Shown one piece after another: positions 15,201 through 27,700 of a DNA stretch of 64,000 bases. The translations under genes and the position numbers were made by a program. The notes beneath the pieces are model-generated. The model had not been told where the DNA came from. It saw nothing but the letters and a program-made list of their open reading frames with translations, and searched no databases. Each line of letters begins with the position of its first letter. Within the stretch, counting starts at the first letter, position 1. Source of the stretch: Convolutriloba macropyga (Eukaryota); NCBI RefSeq assembly GCF_964194025.1, contig NC_134478.1, forward strand, positions 36,642,001-36,706,000, given 5' to 3'.

Positions 15201-17492
15201 CATTCATAAATAAAAATACCAAAATGAACAAAATTTAAACAATATGCGTGTGCAAATAAATCTCAAATTTTTACTAGACTAAGAAAAAAAGTGTTTAATT
15301 CTGTTTATTCACAAAATGTAAACATTTTCCAAAGTTTTAACGATAGCAATATTGTGTCTTCAAATTGGAGCCCTTGGAAAGTATTGTTTACAATATTAAC
15401 TTTTGCAGTTGGGAGATAACTTGTTGACTATGATAAACAAAGCCTGGAATTCTGATCACGCCTCGGGAGCTTTCGGACTCCAAGTTTAATCAATTAAACT
15501 AAAAGTGGGCGTTGCCTTGGGCGATTTTGAGTTGTACACTTTTGATCGGACCGTTTGTTCACTCTATGCGTGACAGGAAACAAGTTAAAGGGCCTTGATT
15601 TGGGTCTGGGGTAATTGGACGCCAGAATATCCGCCGGCTTCTCAGACTGTCAAATTTATAGGAGAACGCGATAATTGATAACATTTTTGATCAAATTGTA
15701 GCATTTAGCATAATCGATCAATTGGATGAAAAAAATCATCTTCGAACAAAGAAGGCTGGTGGCAAGATACTTAAAACAACGTCTTAAAAAATGTCCGAAT
15801 TCAAAACAACGAGTAATTACATCGCTCGAAAGAATTAAACTCAATCAACCTAAACAAGTTTAAGCTGAGGTTCAGAAATTTATGATGGTTAAAAAGCACG
15901 AAGAAACTGATTTTTTTAAAAAGTAGTTGCAGTTTTTCCACAAAAATTACACAATTTTTCATCGATTTTATCTATTTCAAGCAATTGAAGATCACAAAAC
16001 ATGGGCATCAGGAGAAATATTCTCAGCTGATTTATTAGCACTATTTGGTACCTATGATTTTTAAACCAATAGATGAAAAAATAAATAGACATTTCAGTTT
16101 TGTTCACATATTCTTTGGCTTTTTATTTGCATTTCCAGGTAACCTTTGTTTTGAACGGAGCGTACAGAGTGTACTCGAAGCGTAGAAAGGTCGCATTGTG
16201 AAAAAGCTTTACAATATTAGGCCGTGATTTTGCCCAAGAAACGACGACATATAAAGTCTTTACAAGGGTTAACGCACTTTCTCAAGAGTTCCTCAATCGT
16301 ACCACTTTTGCATTTCTTCAACAAAAGTGTCTGTAAACAATTTTTGGAGAGATAAAAATAAATTTTGAGAGTTGAAATAATTTCTAATTTTATGTAGGAA
16401 AAGAAAATTGCATTGGACACAAATTTACGTTGCTTAGTGTCAGTTAAAATAACCTAAACTGTTTTTGGCTCATATTTTCAATTCAATATACTGTCAAAAA
16501 ATAGACTGACTAATCAACGACTTCCGTCACAATTGGGTTCATAGCGAAAGTTTCGGTGAATTTCTATGGTAAATTTCATTAACAAGAAAAAAAAAGACAA
16601 CGAACAAATATTTTCTTGGAAAAAACAATTGGGCTGCTATCAGCGTTTGTGCAGTTTTCAATTCTTTGTACCTTGAGCTTGAGTGTTTCTACTGTAATAT
16701 AGAGACAGTCAATGAAACTAAAAAATATCAAAATGTGCCAACAAGAAATCGTTTTTTAAGGAACACTTCCGAATATTGTAAAAATAAAAAATTGCACAAA
16801 AATACTGATATTTAAAACAAACTTTATTGCAGAATACAATGGCCCTGAATAGCAGATTGACAGTAATTTAATGCTTCAGTTGCACGACTCTGAAATTTCA
16901 TCAAAAAAAATATTTTTTGTAACTTTGAGAAGTTTCCACAGTGTTTGACGAAATTGCTATCAAAAAGTGAACTTGAGGATTTTTTTTGTTTTCAATAATT
17001 AGCAACCGTTATTATTGTTATTCAAAAGAATTTTGTTTTAATCACTTGAAGTAATTTATTCATGTGCTAGCTTCAATTGCCAAGTGTTAAGATCTTGCTG
17101 AGTTCTGAGGTTGAAAACTACTGTAATCTCTTCTCTCGGCATTTGAATTTTTTCAAGACAATTGAATTTCACGAGACATATTTTCTCCAAAATAAATCCT
17201 CAAAAACAATATAAAAACAAAAGCATTGCCAAAATAAACTTCTTCAAATTAATTCATCTGCTATCAAAGAGGAATAAACTATGTTGTGTTAAAACAATGA
17301 GAAAAACATTAAACTGAAAATAGCAGAAAATACAGTGTTAGAAAAATGTAACTTTATCAAGTTGGACGCAAAATCTTTATAAAAATACGTTTCTATGGAA
17401 CAAACATACGATTTTTCAGATTTGTAGCAAATTCAAAAATTTTAATGCTGCTCAAGTGTATATAGCATTAAAAAACAGAGCGATATTGTTGA

Positions 17493-18015
17493 TGTTAGCA
17501 GGATTACGAACACTGTAGCGCAACAACCCCGATGAGGCGGGACGAGTTTTGGCACGTTAGAGATTGAAGCTGTTTAAGCTCAAAAGATATTTGAGAGAAT
17601 AAGAATTAATTTTAGGAGATTCAAAAGAGAAGAAAATAGTGACAATTTTAACAAATCAGTCGTATATATAACCTAAAAGATAAATATAACATTTACAGTG
17701 TACATTTGTTAAAAGGTTAATGTATCAAAAATCAGGCGCCTTTGGGGCGTATGAGTGGGCGTCATTTCATTATTACATGCAAAATTTTCTTCACTTGAGA
17801 TGGTTCACAAAGTTGCATTTCCTATTCAATATTAGTAGATAAATATCAATATTTGACAAACATACAGATCTAAACTGATTTACATTCATCTTCTAAATTG
17901 TGAGCTGCAGTTGTCGTTATGAATCTGGTAAATTTGTTTTCTTTCTGAGTTTATCAACATAAGTTAAGTTTCTAAGCTCTAAGATGTTTTCTAAGTTCTT
18001 TTCTGTGCTCCAATA
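17493..18015 (-). repeat. Copia-1 3' LTR
   Basis: Direct repeat of 21942-22466. Reads TATTGG...TAACA on the element strand and is preceded by purine tract GAGTGAGGG (18016-18024). Confidence 0.95.
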
Positions 18016-21000
18016 CCCTCACTCAGATTGTTGTCGCTAGGTAAGAATCTGGACTCGCCCAATAGTTGTTCTCGATGTTGTTCTACTTTCTGCTGTGGCA
18101 AAGATTTTGTTAGAAGATCTGCTGACATTTCATCTGTTGGCGTGTAGATCAAATTGATGGAGTTGTCATCAACTCGTTCTCAGACGAAATGATGTTTGTG
18201 ATCCAAATGATATCTGGTCTAGTTTGCTTAGCTAGGTAAAGTAATGAATCTACTAGACTTCTAAACTCATGTGAATCTACCTTTACTGAATCTTCCTGAG
18301 CTACTTCAAGCTTTAGGTTATTTTCTGCTGGCGCTTTGCTTGGTTTGCATTCTTGCTTATTAAACTGCTCTAAAATTTTATGAGAGTACTTTTCTTGATC
18401 TAAAGTTATTCTTATTTCTGTTTTTAGAATTCGCATTCCGAGAAACCATTCAAGATCTCCTCTGTCGTCCATTTTAAACTTTGATTCTAGTGAACTTTTC
18501 AATTTTTCCATCTCGGTTTGACTATTTCCTGCCATGATTAAGTCATCAACCCAGGTTAGAACATAAAGTTTGTCATCTTCTTTGTTTTTTAGAAAAAGAC
18601 AGTAATCGTGTTTACTTCTCTCAAAACCTTGCTGAATTAGAAAATTTGAAAGCTCCTGATACCAATTTTTGGCTGCTTGCTTCAGTCCGTATATTGATTT
18701 TTTAAGCTTACAAACTAACTTGTTGCCATTGCTGTCTATCTTTTCAAAACCTTTGGTTGCTCTGGATAGACGTCTTCGTCTATTTTAGGATGCAAATAAG
18801 CTGCTTTTACATCCATTTGTTTTAAAAAAGAAGTTTTCGATAGCTGATAAAGCTAGTAGAATTTTAAAGTTTTCAGGTTTGCTTGTGGGAGCAAAGGTAT
18901 CCGAATATTCAATTCCCCTCAATTGTTTAAAACCTTTTTCTATATAACGAGCTTTAAACTTATCGATATTTCCGTTTGAATCATGTTTAATTTTGTACAC
19001 CCATTGGCCAGGAATAATATTTTGTCCTTCTTCTTTTGGAACTAAGTCCCAATTTTCTGTTCCATTTAAACTTTCTATCTCTGTTTTCCTTGCTTCAAGC
19101 CATTTGTCTTTTTGTTCCGAATTCCTAGCGTTTTCGAAATTTTCAGGCTCGATGAATGTTTTTGTTAATGTGCTTTGAACAGCATGAGAATAGCTTTTAA
19201 TAAAACGTTCCGGAGGCGCTCTAGACCTATCACTTCGCTTAATTTCTCTATTTTGAGCTGCTTACTTGCTCAATCTTTTCATTTCTTCGTTCTCTGACCA
19301 AAAATGGAAAGTCTTTTGTTCTGCTGAAGGAATTGCTATTTGACCTAGTTTACCTATCATTTGCAGTCTTGTGGATGGTTTTACTTTTTTCTGTTGCCAA
19401 TTTTTGATAGGTATTGGAATTTTGGAAGGCTTTCTTTCTAGGTTTTTCACCGCGACATCTGGATTAAACTGTACATTAATTTTGGATTTTGGTTTGACGC
19501 TGGGACTGGATTTTTCTTCTTTAATTTCTTGATCAACTTCAGTTTCTGTATTATTTTCACTTTCTTGAACGCTCTCTGTTTCAGCTAATTTAACCTGTGA
19601 ATTCAACTCACTTGAGGTGCTTGTATCCTCAATTTCTTCTCTTACTTCTTCTAAGTCTAGATATAGAAAGCTGTCTTCTATATCTTCGGTTTCATTATGA
19701 GAACCTGGTAGATTGTTTTCACTTAACCTAACGTTTCTAGAAGTGAAAATTTGCCTAGTTTTTATGTATTGCAACAAATAAGCTGTTGTGTGATCAGAGT
19801 AACTAATGAACAGGCACTTTGTTGCTTTTGGATCACTTACTGGCATCACGACTTTTTGAATAGGCTACACAACCAAATACTTTTAGATGGTCGCTTCTCG
19901 GTTTTCTGCCAAAAAATTTTTCAAAGGCTGATTTTGTATTTTTGTCTTTGACAACTAAATTTCTAGCATAACATGCTGTATCTACTGCTGGAACCCAATA
20001 GCTTTTCGGCAATTTTGAATCTATTAGAAGGCATCTTGCAGCCTCTACTACTGTTCTATTAAAACGTTCTGCAACACCATTTTGCTCGGCTGTTTCATGA
20101 ACTGTGAACTCACGAGCTATTTCTTTGCTTATGCAAAATTTTTTAAAGGCTTTGTTTTTGTATTCTGTTCTATTATCAGTTCTCAAAAATTTTGGTCGGC
20201 CATATTGTGCAACATACTCTTTGAAAGTTTGCAATGCCTGCGTTTTGTATTTCATAAATTTTACTACTGCGTAGCCACTGAATTCGTCTATGAAACTAAT
20301 TGCATATCTCCTGCCACCTATACTTGATGGACTAACTTGTCCAATAACGTCAGAGTAAACTTTTTCTAGTTTTTGAGTTGCTTTGTTATCGCTCACTTTT
20401 GGAACAGGCTTTTTCGAAATTTTTCACAAAACACAAGTTTTACAAAAATTTGAAGCTTGGGAAGCTTCGTCTCTTGTATTTGCTACATCTCTAAAGCTCA
20501 AATGTCCAAGTTTTTTGTGCCAAAATTTTGATTGACACTTAAGTTTGAAAAGTGGTGCTCATTTTCTTTTCTGTATGGTAAAAAGAACAATTCGTCTCTT
20601 CTTATCAGTCTGAAGCTTTCTTTGCTTCTGGGTTTTAGCACTGACTTAGCTTTTGTGTGAAAAAATTCGTGTTGCTTTTGAACTAAACTTGAAGCCGAAA
20701 TTAAGTTTGTTTTATACTCTGGTACAGTTTATACATCATGTGATCAGTGCTGCCTGAATCTACTACTAAATCAGTTTTTGAAACTTCAAATGAGCTGTCA
20801 GCGCTTAAACTAGATGCTAAGCCTTTATGAGGACTTTTTTGTTGATGTTTACTCATGCACTTACTAGGTGGCGTTTAGCCTTGCATATACTACATACAGA
20901 GTTGTCTTTTTGTAACAACTAGCTGCTAAATGTCCACGTTTGTTACATACAAAACACCATCTAGGGCCTTTGGAACTACTAGGCTTAGAAAAAGTCTTCC

Positions 21001-21756
21001 TATGATGTGATTTGAATGAAGAGTGTATACCAAATTGATGAGAAGCATTCTTTGCTGACATGGCAACGTGCTGATCCTCCTCCACATCATCTCTCTGTCT
21101 GCGGCTCTCCTCAAGGTTGGCGAGACGCTTCCTCAGTTCCACAAAGTTCTCTGCAGGATTGAAGCTCTCCTCTACCACAAAATGCTCGTATCGTTGTGGA
21201 AGTCCGTTCAATACCATTGCATTAAAAAGCGTCTCAGAAGGCTCCTCACCAGCATGATGCAATCGGGTGACCAGTTCTTGCGCTCTGATGAAGTACTGGT
21301 GAATGACTTTGTCCTCTTGAAGTTGTAGTCTGGCCAACTGCCTCATCAGACGGATGACTGTGGTTGTCTCGTCGCTTCTGAATCGTTGCTGGAGAAGTTA
21401 GCACGCTTTCTGGCTATCTCCGAGACCCTTGCTGTTCAAAGAGTCATGTCGGATGAGCATGAGGCTGCTGGCATCTAGCGTCATTGCCAGGTAGCACCTA
21501 ATCTGATTTTTGCGGCTCTCATCGTCCTGTACAGCTGTAGCTCTAGCATGAGTCTGTGCCTCGTGTTCTCGCGTTTGCTCATCATTAGCATCTTCCCTCA
21601 GTGGTGCTGGCCTGTCAGGTAGGTCAACTGTGTCTGTGAGCGTTTCGAAGAGCCCCTTGGTTTGTGCAAAGGCAGAGAAACTAGTGCTCCATGTTGGGTA
21701 GTCCTCAGCCGACCGCTAAACGTCATCCACTTCAAACTATTGTTTGATGGTTCCAT
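18016..21756 (-). pseudogene. Copia-1 gag-pol polyprotein, frameshifted, with internal deletions in the protease region and most of RNase H
   Basis: ATG at 21756 (MEPSNNSLKWMTFSG). ORF-track pieces 20864-21346 (gag), 19833-20396 (IN), 18785-19000 and 18149-18535 (RT). RT jumps from RPDIIWITNIIS straight to the RNase H C-terminal ..YTPTDEMSADLLTKSLP. Confidence 0.9.
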
Positions 21757-21926
21757 TATGAAGTTTAAACTTCAACTTTTCTATTACAATTTCTGATGTA
21801 GCTTTTATTTAAGAGGGAAATCACAATTTTAATATCTTAGCTCTCGTCAATCTAGAAGAGCTAAAACTGCCAACGCTGACACTACAATATCAACAAAAAC
21901 TCTATTAGCTTGTGACCGGTCTGATG

Positions 21927-21941
21927 GCTGGGCCCATAACT
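21927..21941 (-). promoter_or_regulatory. Primer-binding site of the Drosophila-copia type (internal half of initiator tRNA-Met)
   Basis: AGTTATGGGCCCAGC immediately inside the 5' LTR; copia consensus is GGTTATGGGCCCAG. Confidence 0.85.
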
Positions 21942-22466
21942 TGTTAGCAGGATTACAAACACTGTAGTGCAACAACTTCGATGAGGCGAGACGAGTTTTG
22001 GCATGTTAGAGATTGATGCTGTTTAAGCTCAAAAGATATTTGAGAGAATAAGAATTAATTTTAGGAGATTCAAAAGAGAAGAGAATAGTGACAATTTTAG
22101 CAAAAATCAGTCGTATATATAACCTAAAAATTAAATATAAGCTTTACAGTGTACACTTGTTAAAAGATTAGTGTATCAAAAATCAGGCGCTTTTGGGGCG
22201 TATGACTGGGCGTCATTTCATTGTTACATGCAAAATTTAATTCACTTAAGATGGTTCACAGAGCTTCATTTCCTATTCAATAATAGTAGATAAATATCAA
22301 TATTTGACAAACATACAGATCTAAACTGATTTACATTCAATTTCTAAATTGTGAGCTGCAGTTGTCGTTATAAATCTGGTAAGTTTGTTTTCTTTCTGAG
22401 TTTATCAACATAAGTTAAGTTTCTAAGCTCTAAGATATTTTCTAAGGTCTTTTCTGTGCTCCAATA
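21942..22466 (-). repeat. Copia-1 5' LTR
   Basis: Direct repeat of 17493-18015, flanked by PBS and TSD. Confidence 0.95.
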
Positions 22467-23099
22467 GTTGACTAGTATTTCAGATGGTTAGATTCGAACG
22501 AAACTGATTCTGAAAACGGCATTGCGGAGTAAGTTAGATCACAGAGTTTGTTTTTCACCTATATTCGATTTTTAAAAATGATCCCTTAATAAGATGCGAT
22601 GAAGAAGTCAATCGTCACTCTTAAAAACTTTAAAATAAAGAAGTTTTTGCCATTTAAAAACGTAACCAATAAGAAAAATCCTTAGGCTTACATCCAAATC
22701 ATGTGACTGAGCTGCCGATTAATTTTAACTTGTCATCAAACAAAGTACTTCTCGTTAGAAAAACCAGCATGATAATTTTTCATATTAAGCAAAAAGCATT
22801 ACTAAAATTTATCTGTAATATTTAAACTAAAACATCAACTATAATTTCCCTCAAGAAATTGGGAAAGACCATTGTATTTTTTTCAAAAAGGTTTTTTTAA
22901 AAAAACGGCAAATCAAAGCCTGAATAATTAACACGTTTGATTCAGGAATCAGGCTACTTGTATTTTTGTTTGAAGACAGTGAATATTTAAACGCGTAACT
23001 CCAATCATTTTTTAAAAGATGCCGATGGAAACTTCAAGATTAATTCCCGCAAGTTGCATCGTCTAATATTTAAAGTCAGGATAAGAGAGATAAAGTTGA

Positions 23100-23921
23100 A
23101 ATGAGCGTTTTTCATAGTTTAACTTTTCAAAAACTATTACCTAAGTACATAACCAGGTTTTGCATTTTAATAACCTTTTCTGTTTTCCACGGTTTGAGAC
23201 CTTGAATTCCAGGTGAAAATTCAACTGTAATTTTTCTGTACTTTCCAGAGAAGTTGTTTCTTTCTGATTTAAAAAATTGTAATTTCTGATTTAAAACTGA
23301 TTGCAGGTATTTTTTCACTGATTATCAAGGAACCGTGGAATGATAAAGCAAATTAATAGAAGTCATCCCAACTGCGCAAATTAACTAAACTGATGAATAC
23401 TGGTGATGTCTTAGAGTCGAAGAATAGTTATTAAATGCTCATTCCGTTGGAATACATTTGTGTATGGCGCATGTTGTTTTAATTTATCGCAACAATTTTG
23501 TTCCAACTTTTACTTCACTTCGCAAAAAATACTTCAACTCTCATTTTATGACAAGATGAACTCCTAAGTAATTCACAACTGGATTTTTTAAATCATATTT
23601 GGCTTTATAAAAATAAAGGACTTTTTAAAAGGCGAGGTGTTAACAGACAGTTAATTAACTTTCCTTTTACAATTTGCCTTTTGAAAAGTCATTTAATTTT
23701 TTTAAAAAGCCAAATATGATAATTGAAATTTCAGTAGTGAATTACTTAGGAGCTCATTCACGCCCCTTCAAAATTTTTTTCAAATTAAACAATAGTTTCG
23801 CTGGCTGATTTTTAATTTTATTAATCGATTTATCGCATGTTAAATTTACAATATCATTAGCATTGTGAATTATCTCAACTTCAGTGTCTATTACGAGGAC
23901 ATTTGAGTTGTATTATAAGTA
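23100..23921 (-). pseudogene. Highly decayed LINE ORF2 3' part (insertion target, left flank of the CMC element)
   Basis: Minus-strand translation near 23840-23900 gives IIHNANDIV, resembling the RT (I/L)xYADDxV motif; GIQGLKPW near 23190 resembles the C-terminal GxxLWN motif. Very degenerate. Confidence 0.4.
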
Positions 23922-23967
23922 CCCAGGTTTAGGTGCGCGACCCTAGACCGCTCTGATCAGACCATTT
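23922..23967 (+). repeat. Left terminal inverted repeat (46 bp)
   Basis: CCCAGGTTTAGGTGCGCGACCCTAGACCGCTCTGATCAGACCATTT is the exact reverse complement of 48252-48297. Confidence 0.95.
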
Positions 23968-24418
23968 GGGTCGCACACCGGTGGCGTGGTGCGACCCAAA
24001 TCACATGGTCTGGGAAACGCTTGAGTCGCACGATGGTCTGGACAATGGTCGCACTACGGTCTGATCAGAGGGCAAAGTCTGGAAAATGGTCTGGACAATG
24101 GTCGCACTACGGTCTGATCAGAGGGCAAAGTCGCACTATGGTCTGATCATAGGTCGCACGAAAGTCTGGACAATGGTCGCACTACGGTCTGATCAGAGGG
24201 CAAAGTCGCACTATGGTCTGATCATAGGTCGCACGAAAGTCTGGACAATGGTCGCACTACGGTCTGATCAGAGGGCAAAGTCGCACTATGGTCTGATCAT
24301 AGGTCGCACGAAAGTCTGGACAATGGTCGCACTACGGTCTGATCAGAGGGCAAAGTCGCACTATGGTCTGATCATAGGTCGCACGAAAGTCTGCTAATGG
24401 TCGCACTACGGTCTGATC
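23968..24418 (+). repeat. Left subterminal repeat array, including 4 x 78-bp perfect tandem units of GGTCGCAC / GGTCTGATCA motifs
   Basis: 26-aa periodicity of spurious ORF 24086-24397; GTC cores recur about every 11 bp. Confidence 0.92.
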
Positions 24419-24734
24419 GATGTTTCGATAGCTGAAATAGGTGTTAAATACTGTCGGAAAAAATCTACAGTTGAACTAACGAACAACTTTTTGAGATTTT
24501 CCAGTATGTTTTGGGTGTGTTCCCCTCCTCCTTCTCTCAACCGGGCTGGGGACCGGCTACGGCGGAGTTACAAACGAACAACTATAGGAGATTTTGAGTA
24601 GAGCTTTAGGTAAAAAAACCAAGCTCAAACTCTATCTCCGAAAAAAACAAACCATAATAAATCGATAAAACACTACAAATGATAAATGATTGCTATAAAA
24701 CAACATCTGACTACAATTAAAATTTAAATATAGT

Positions 24735-27700
24735 TAAATTTCGTTATTCGATAAATTCGCAAATTTCCGTATGAAAACCTAACTTTTTTCCTAGGCAAGC
24801 TATACCAAAAATTCTTTTTGTTTTACAATCTAGTTACCCATGGAATACTCGATACCGAGTTTGGTTAGATTTGGACAACTCCTTGACCCGATGAAAAAGA
24901 CCTATTTCTAAAATTCGTTATTCGCGAAATTCGCAAATTTCCGAATGAAAAACTAACTTTTTTCCTAGGCAAGCTATACCAATAATTCCTTTTGTTTTAC
25001 AATCTAGTTACCCATGGAATACTCGATACCGAGTTTGGTTAGATTTGGACAACTCCTTGACCCGATGAAAAAGACCTATTTCTAAAATTCGTTATTCGCG
25101 AAATTCGCAAATTTCCGAATGAAAAACTAACTTTTTTCCTAGGCAAGCTATACCAATAATTCCTTTTGTTTTACAATCTAGTTACCCATGGGATACTCGA
25201 TACCGAGTTTCGTTTGATTTGGACAACTCCTTGACCCGATCAAAAATACTATATTTAAAAATTAAATATTCGAAATAATCGCAAATTTCCGTATGAAAAC
25301 CTAACTTTTTTCCTAGGCAAGCTATACCAAAAATTCTTTCTGTTTTAGATTCCAGGCTCCCGTGGTATACTCCATGCCGAGTTTGGTTCGATTTGGACAA
25401 CTCCTTGACCCGACGAAAAAGACCTATTTTTAAATATACTTATTCAAAATTATTCGGAAATAATAGCAAATTTCCGTATGAAAACCTAACTTTTTTCCTA
25501 GGCAAGCTATACCAAAAATTCTTTTTGTTTTACAATCTAGTTACCCATGGGATACTCGATACCGAGTTTGGTTAGATTTGGACAACTCCTTGACCCGATG
25601 AAAAAGACCTATTTCTAAAATTCGTTATTCGCGAAATTCGCAAATTTCCGAATGAAAAACTAACTTTTTTCCTAGGCAAGCTATACCAAAAATTCTTTTT
25701 ATTTTACAATCTAGTTACCCATGTGATACTCGATACCGAGTTTGGTTCGATTTGGACAACTCCTTGATCCAATAAAATTTCTATTTTTTTGAAAATAGAA
25801 TAAGCGAATAAGTCGATTTTTCCGATTGAAATATGAACTTTTTTTCTAGGAAAGTTAGGCCGACCATTCTTTTTTTATTACAACCTAAATGTTACTGGTA
25901 GTCTGGGATCTCAATTTGGTTCACTTTGAACAACTTCTTTACCCGATAAAAACAGACCTATTGTTATAATTCGTTATTGGAAATAATCGCAAATTTCCGT
26001 ATGAAAAACCAACTTTTTTCCTAGGCAAGCTATAGCAAAAATTCCTTTTGTACTACATTCCACATACACATGGGATACTCGATACCGAGTTTGGTTCGAT
26101 TTGGACAACTCCTTGACCCGACGAAAAAGACCTATTTTTAAAATTCGTTATTTGCGAAATTCGCAAATTTCCGTATGAAAAACTAACTTTTTTCCTAGGC
26201 AAGCTTTACCAAAAATTCTTTCTGTTTTACAATCTAGTTACCCATGGGATACTCGATACCCAGTTTGGTTCGATTTGGACAACTCCTTGACCCGACGAAA
26301 AAGACCTATTTTTAAAATTCGTTATTTGCGAAATTCGCAAATTTCCGTATGAAAACCTAACTTTTTTCCTAGGCAAGCTATACCAAAAATTCTTTCTGTT
26401 TTACAATCTAGTTACCCATGGGATACTCGATACCCAGTTTGGTTCGATTTGGACAACTCCTTGACCCAACGAAAAAGACCTATTTTTAAAATTCGTTATT
26501 TGCGAAATTCGCAAATTTCCGTATGAAAACCCAACTTTTTTCCTAGGCAAGCTATACCAAAAATTCTTTCTGTTTTACAATCTAGTTACCCATGGGATAC
26601 TCGATACCCAGTTTGGTTCGATTTGGACAACTCCTTGACCCAACGAAAAAGACCTATTTTTAAAATTCGTTATTTGCGAAATTCGCAAATTTCCGTATGA
26701 AAAACTAACTTTTTTCCTAGGCAAGCTACACCAAAAATTCTTTTTGTTTTACAATCTAGTTACCCATGGGATACTCGATACCAGGTTTGGTTCACTTTGG
26801 ACAACTCCTTGACTCGACGAAAAAGACCTATTTTTAAAATTCGTTATTTGCGAAATTCGCAAATTTCCGTATGAAAACCTAACTTTTTTCCTAGGCAAGC
26901 TATACCAAAAATTCTTTCTGTTTTACAATCTAGTTACCCATGGGATACTCGATACCCAGTTTGGTTCGATTTGGACAACTCCTTGACCCAACGAAAAAGA
27001 CCTATTTTTAAAATTCGTTATTTGCGAAATTCGCAAATTTCCGTATGAAAAACTAACTTTTTTCCTAGGCAAGCTATACCAAAAATTCTTTTTGTTTTAC
27101 AATCTAGTTACCACTGGGATACTCGATACCAGGTTTGGTTCACTTTGGACAACTCCTTGACTCGACGAAAAAGACCTATTTTTAAAATTCGTTATTTGCG
27201 AAATTCGCAAATTTCCGTATGAAAACCTAACTTTTTTCCTAGGCAAGCTATACCAAAAATTCTTTCTGTTTTACAATCTAGTTACCCATGGGATACTCGA
27301 TACCCAGTTTGGTTCGATTTGGACAACTCCTTGACCCAACGAAAAAGACCTATTTTTAAAATTCGTTATTTGCGAAATTCGCAAATTTCCGTATGAAAAA
27401 CTAACTTTTTTCCTAGGCGAGCTATACCAAAAATTCTTTTTGTTTTACAATCTAGTTACCCATGGGATACTCGATACCAGGTTTGGTTCACTTTGGACAA
27501 CTCCTTGACTCGACGAAAAAGACCTATTTTTAAAATTCGTTATTCGATATAATCGCAAATTTCCGTATGAAAACCTAACTTTTTTCCTAGGCAAGCTATA
27601 CCAAAAATTCTTTCTGTTTTAGATTCTAGGCACTCATGGTATACTCCATACCCAGTTTGGTTCACTTTGGGCAACTCCTTGACCAGACGAAAAAGACCTA

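Larger units (their letters stand above)
17493..22466 (-). mobile_element. Full-length, decayed Ty1/Copia LTR retrotransposon (Copia-1)
   Basis: Paired LTRs 17493-18015 and 21942-22466; 5-bp TSD GTTGA (17488-17492, 22467-22471); PBS and PPT present. Domain order gag (CCHC knuckle CFVCNKRGHLAASC), integrase (RTDN..EY, QNGVAER), RT (KFKARY, RPDI), RNase H tail (ADLLTKSL). Confidence 0.97.

Noticed and set aside
9400-17480. Host gene exons or short ORFs in the AT-rich stretch
   Set aside because: No recognisable domain or consistent exon chain; only faint, unverifiable LINE-like traces.
24086-24397. CRISPR-like array or repeat protein ORF
   Set aside because: Units are identical 78-mers without unique spacers, there are no cas genes and the context is eukaryotic; this is a transposon subterminal repeat.
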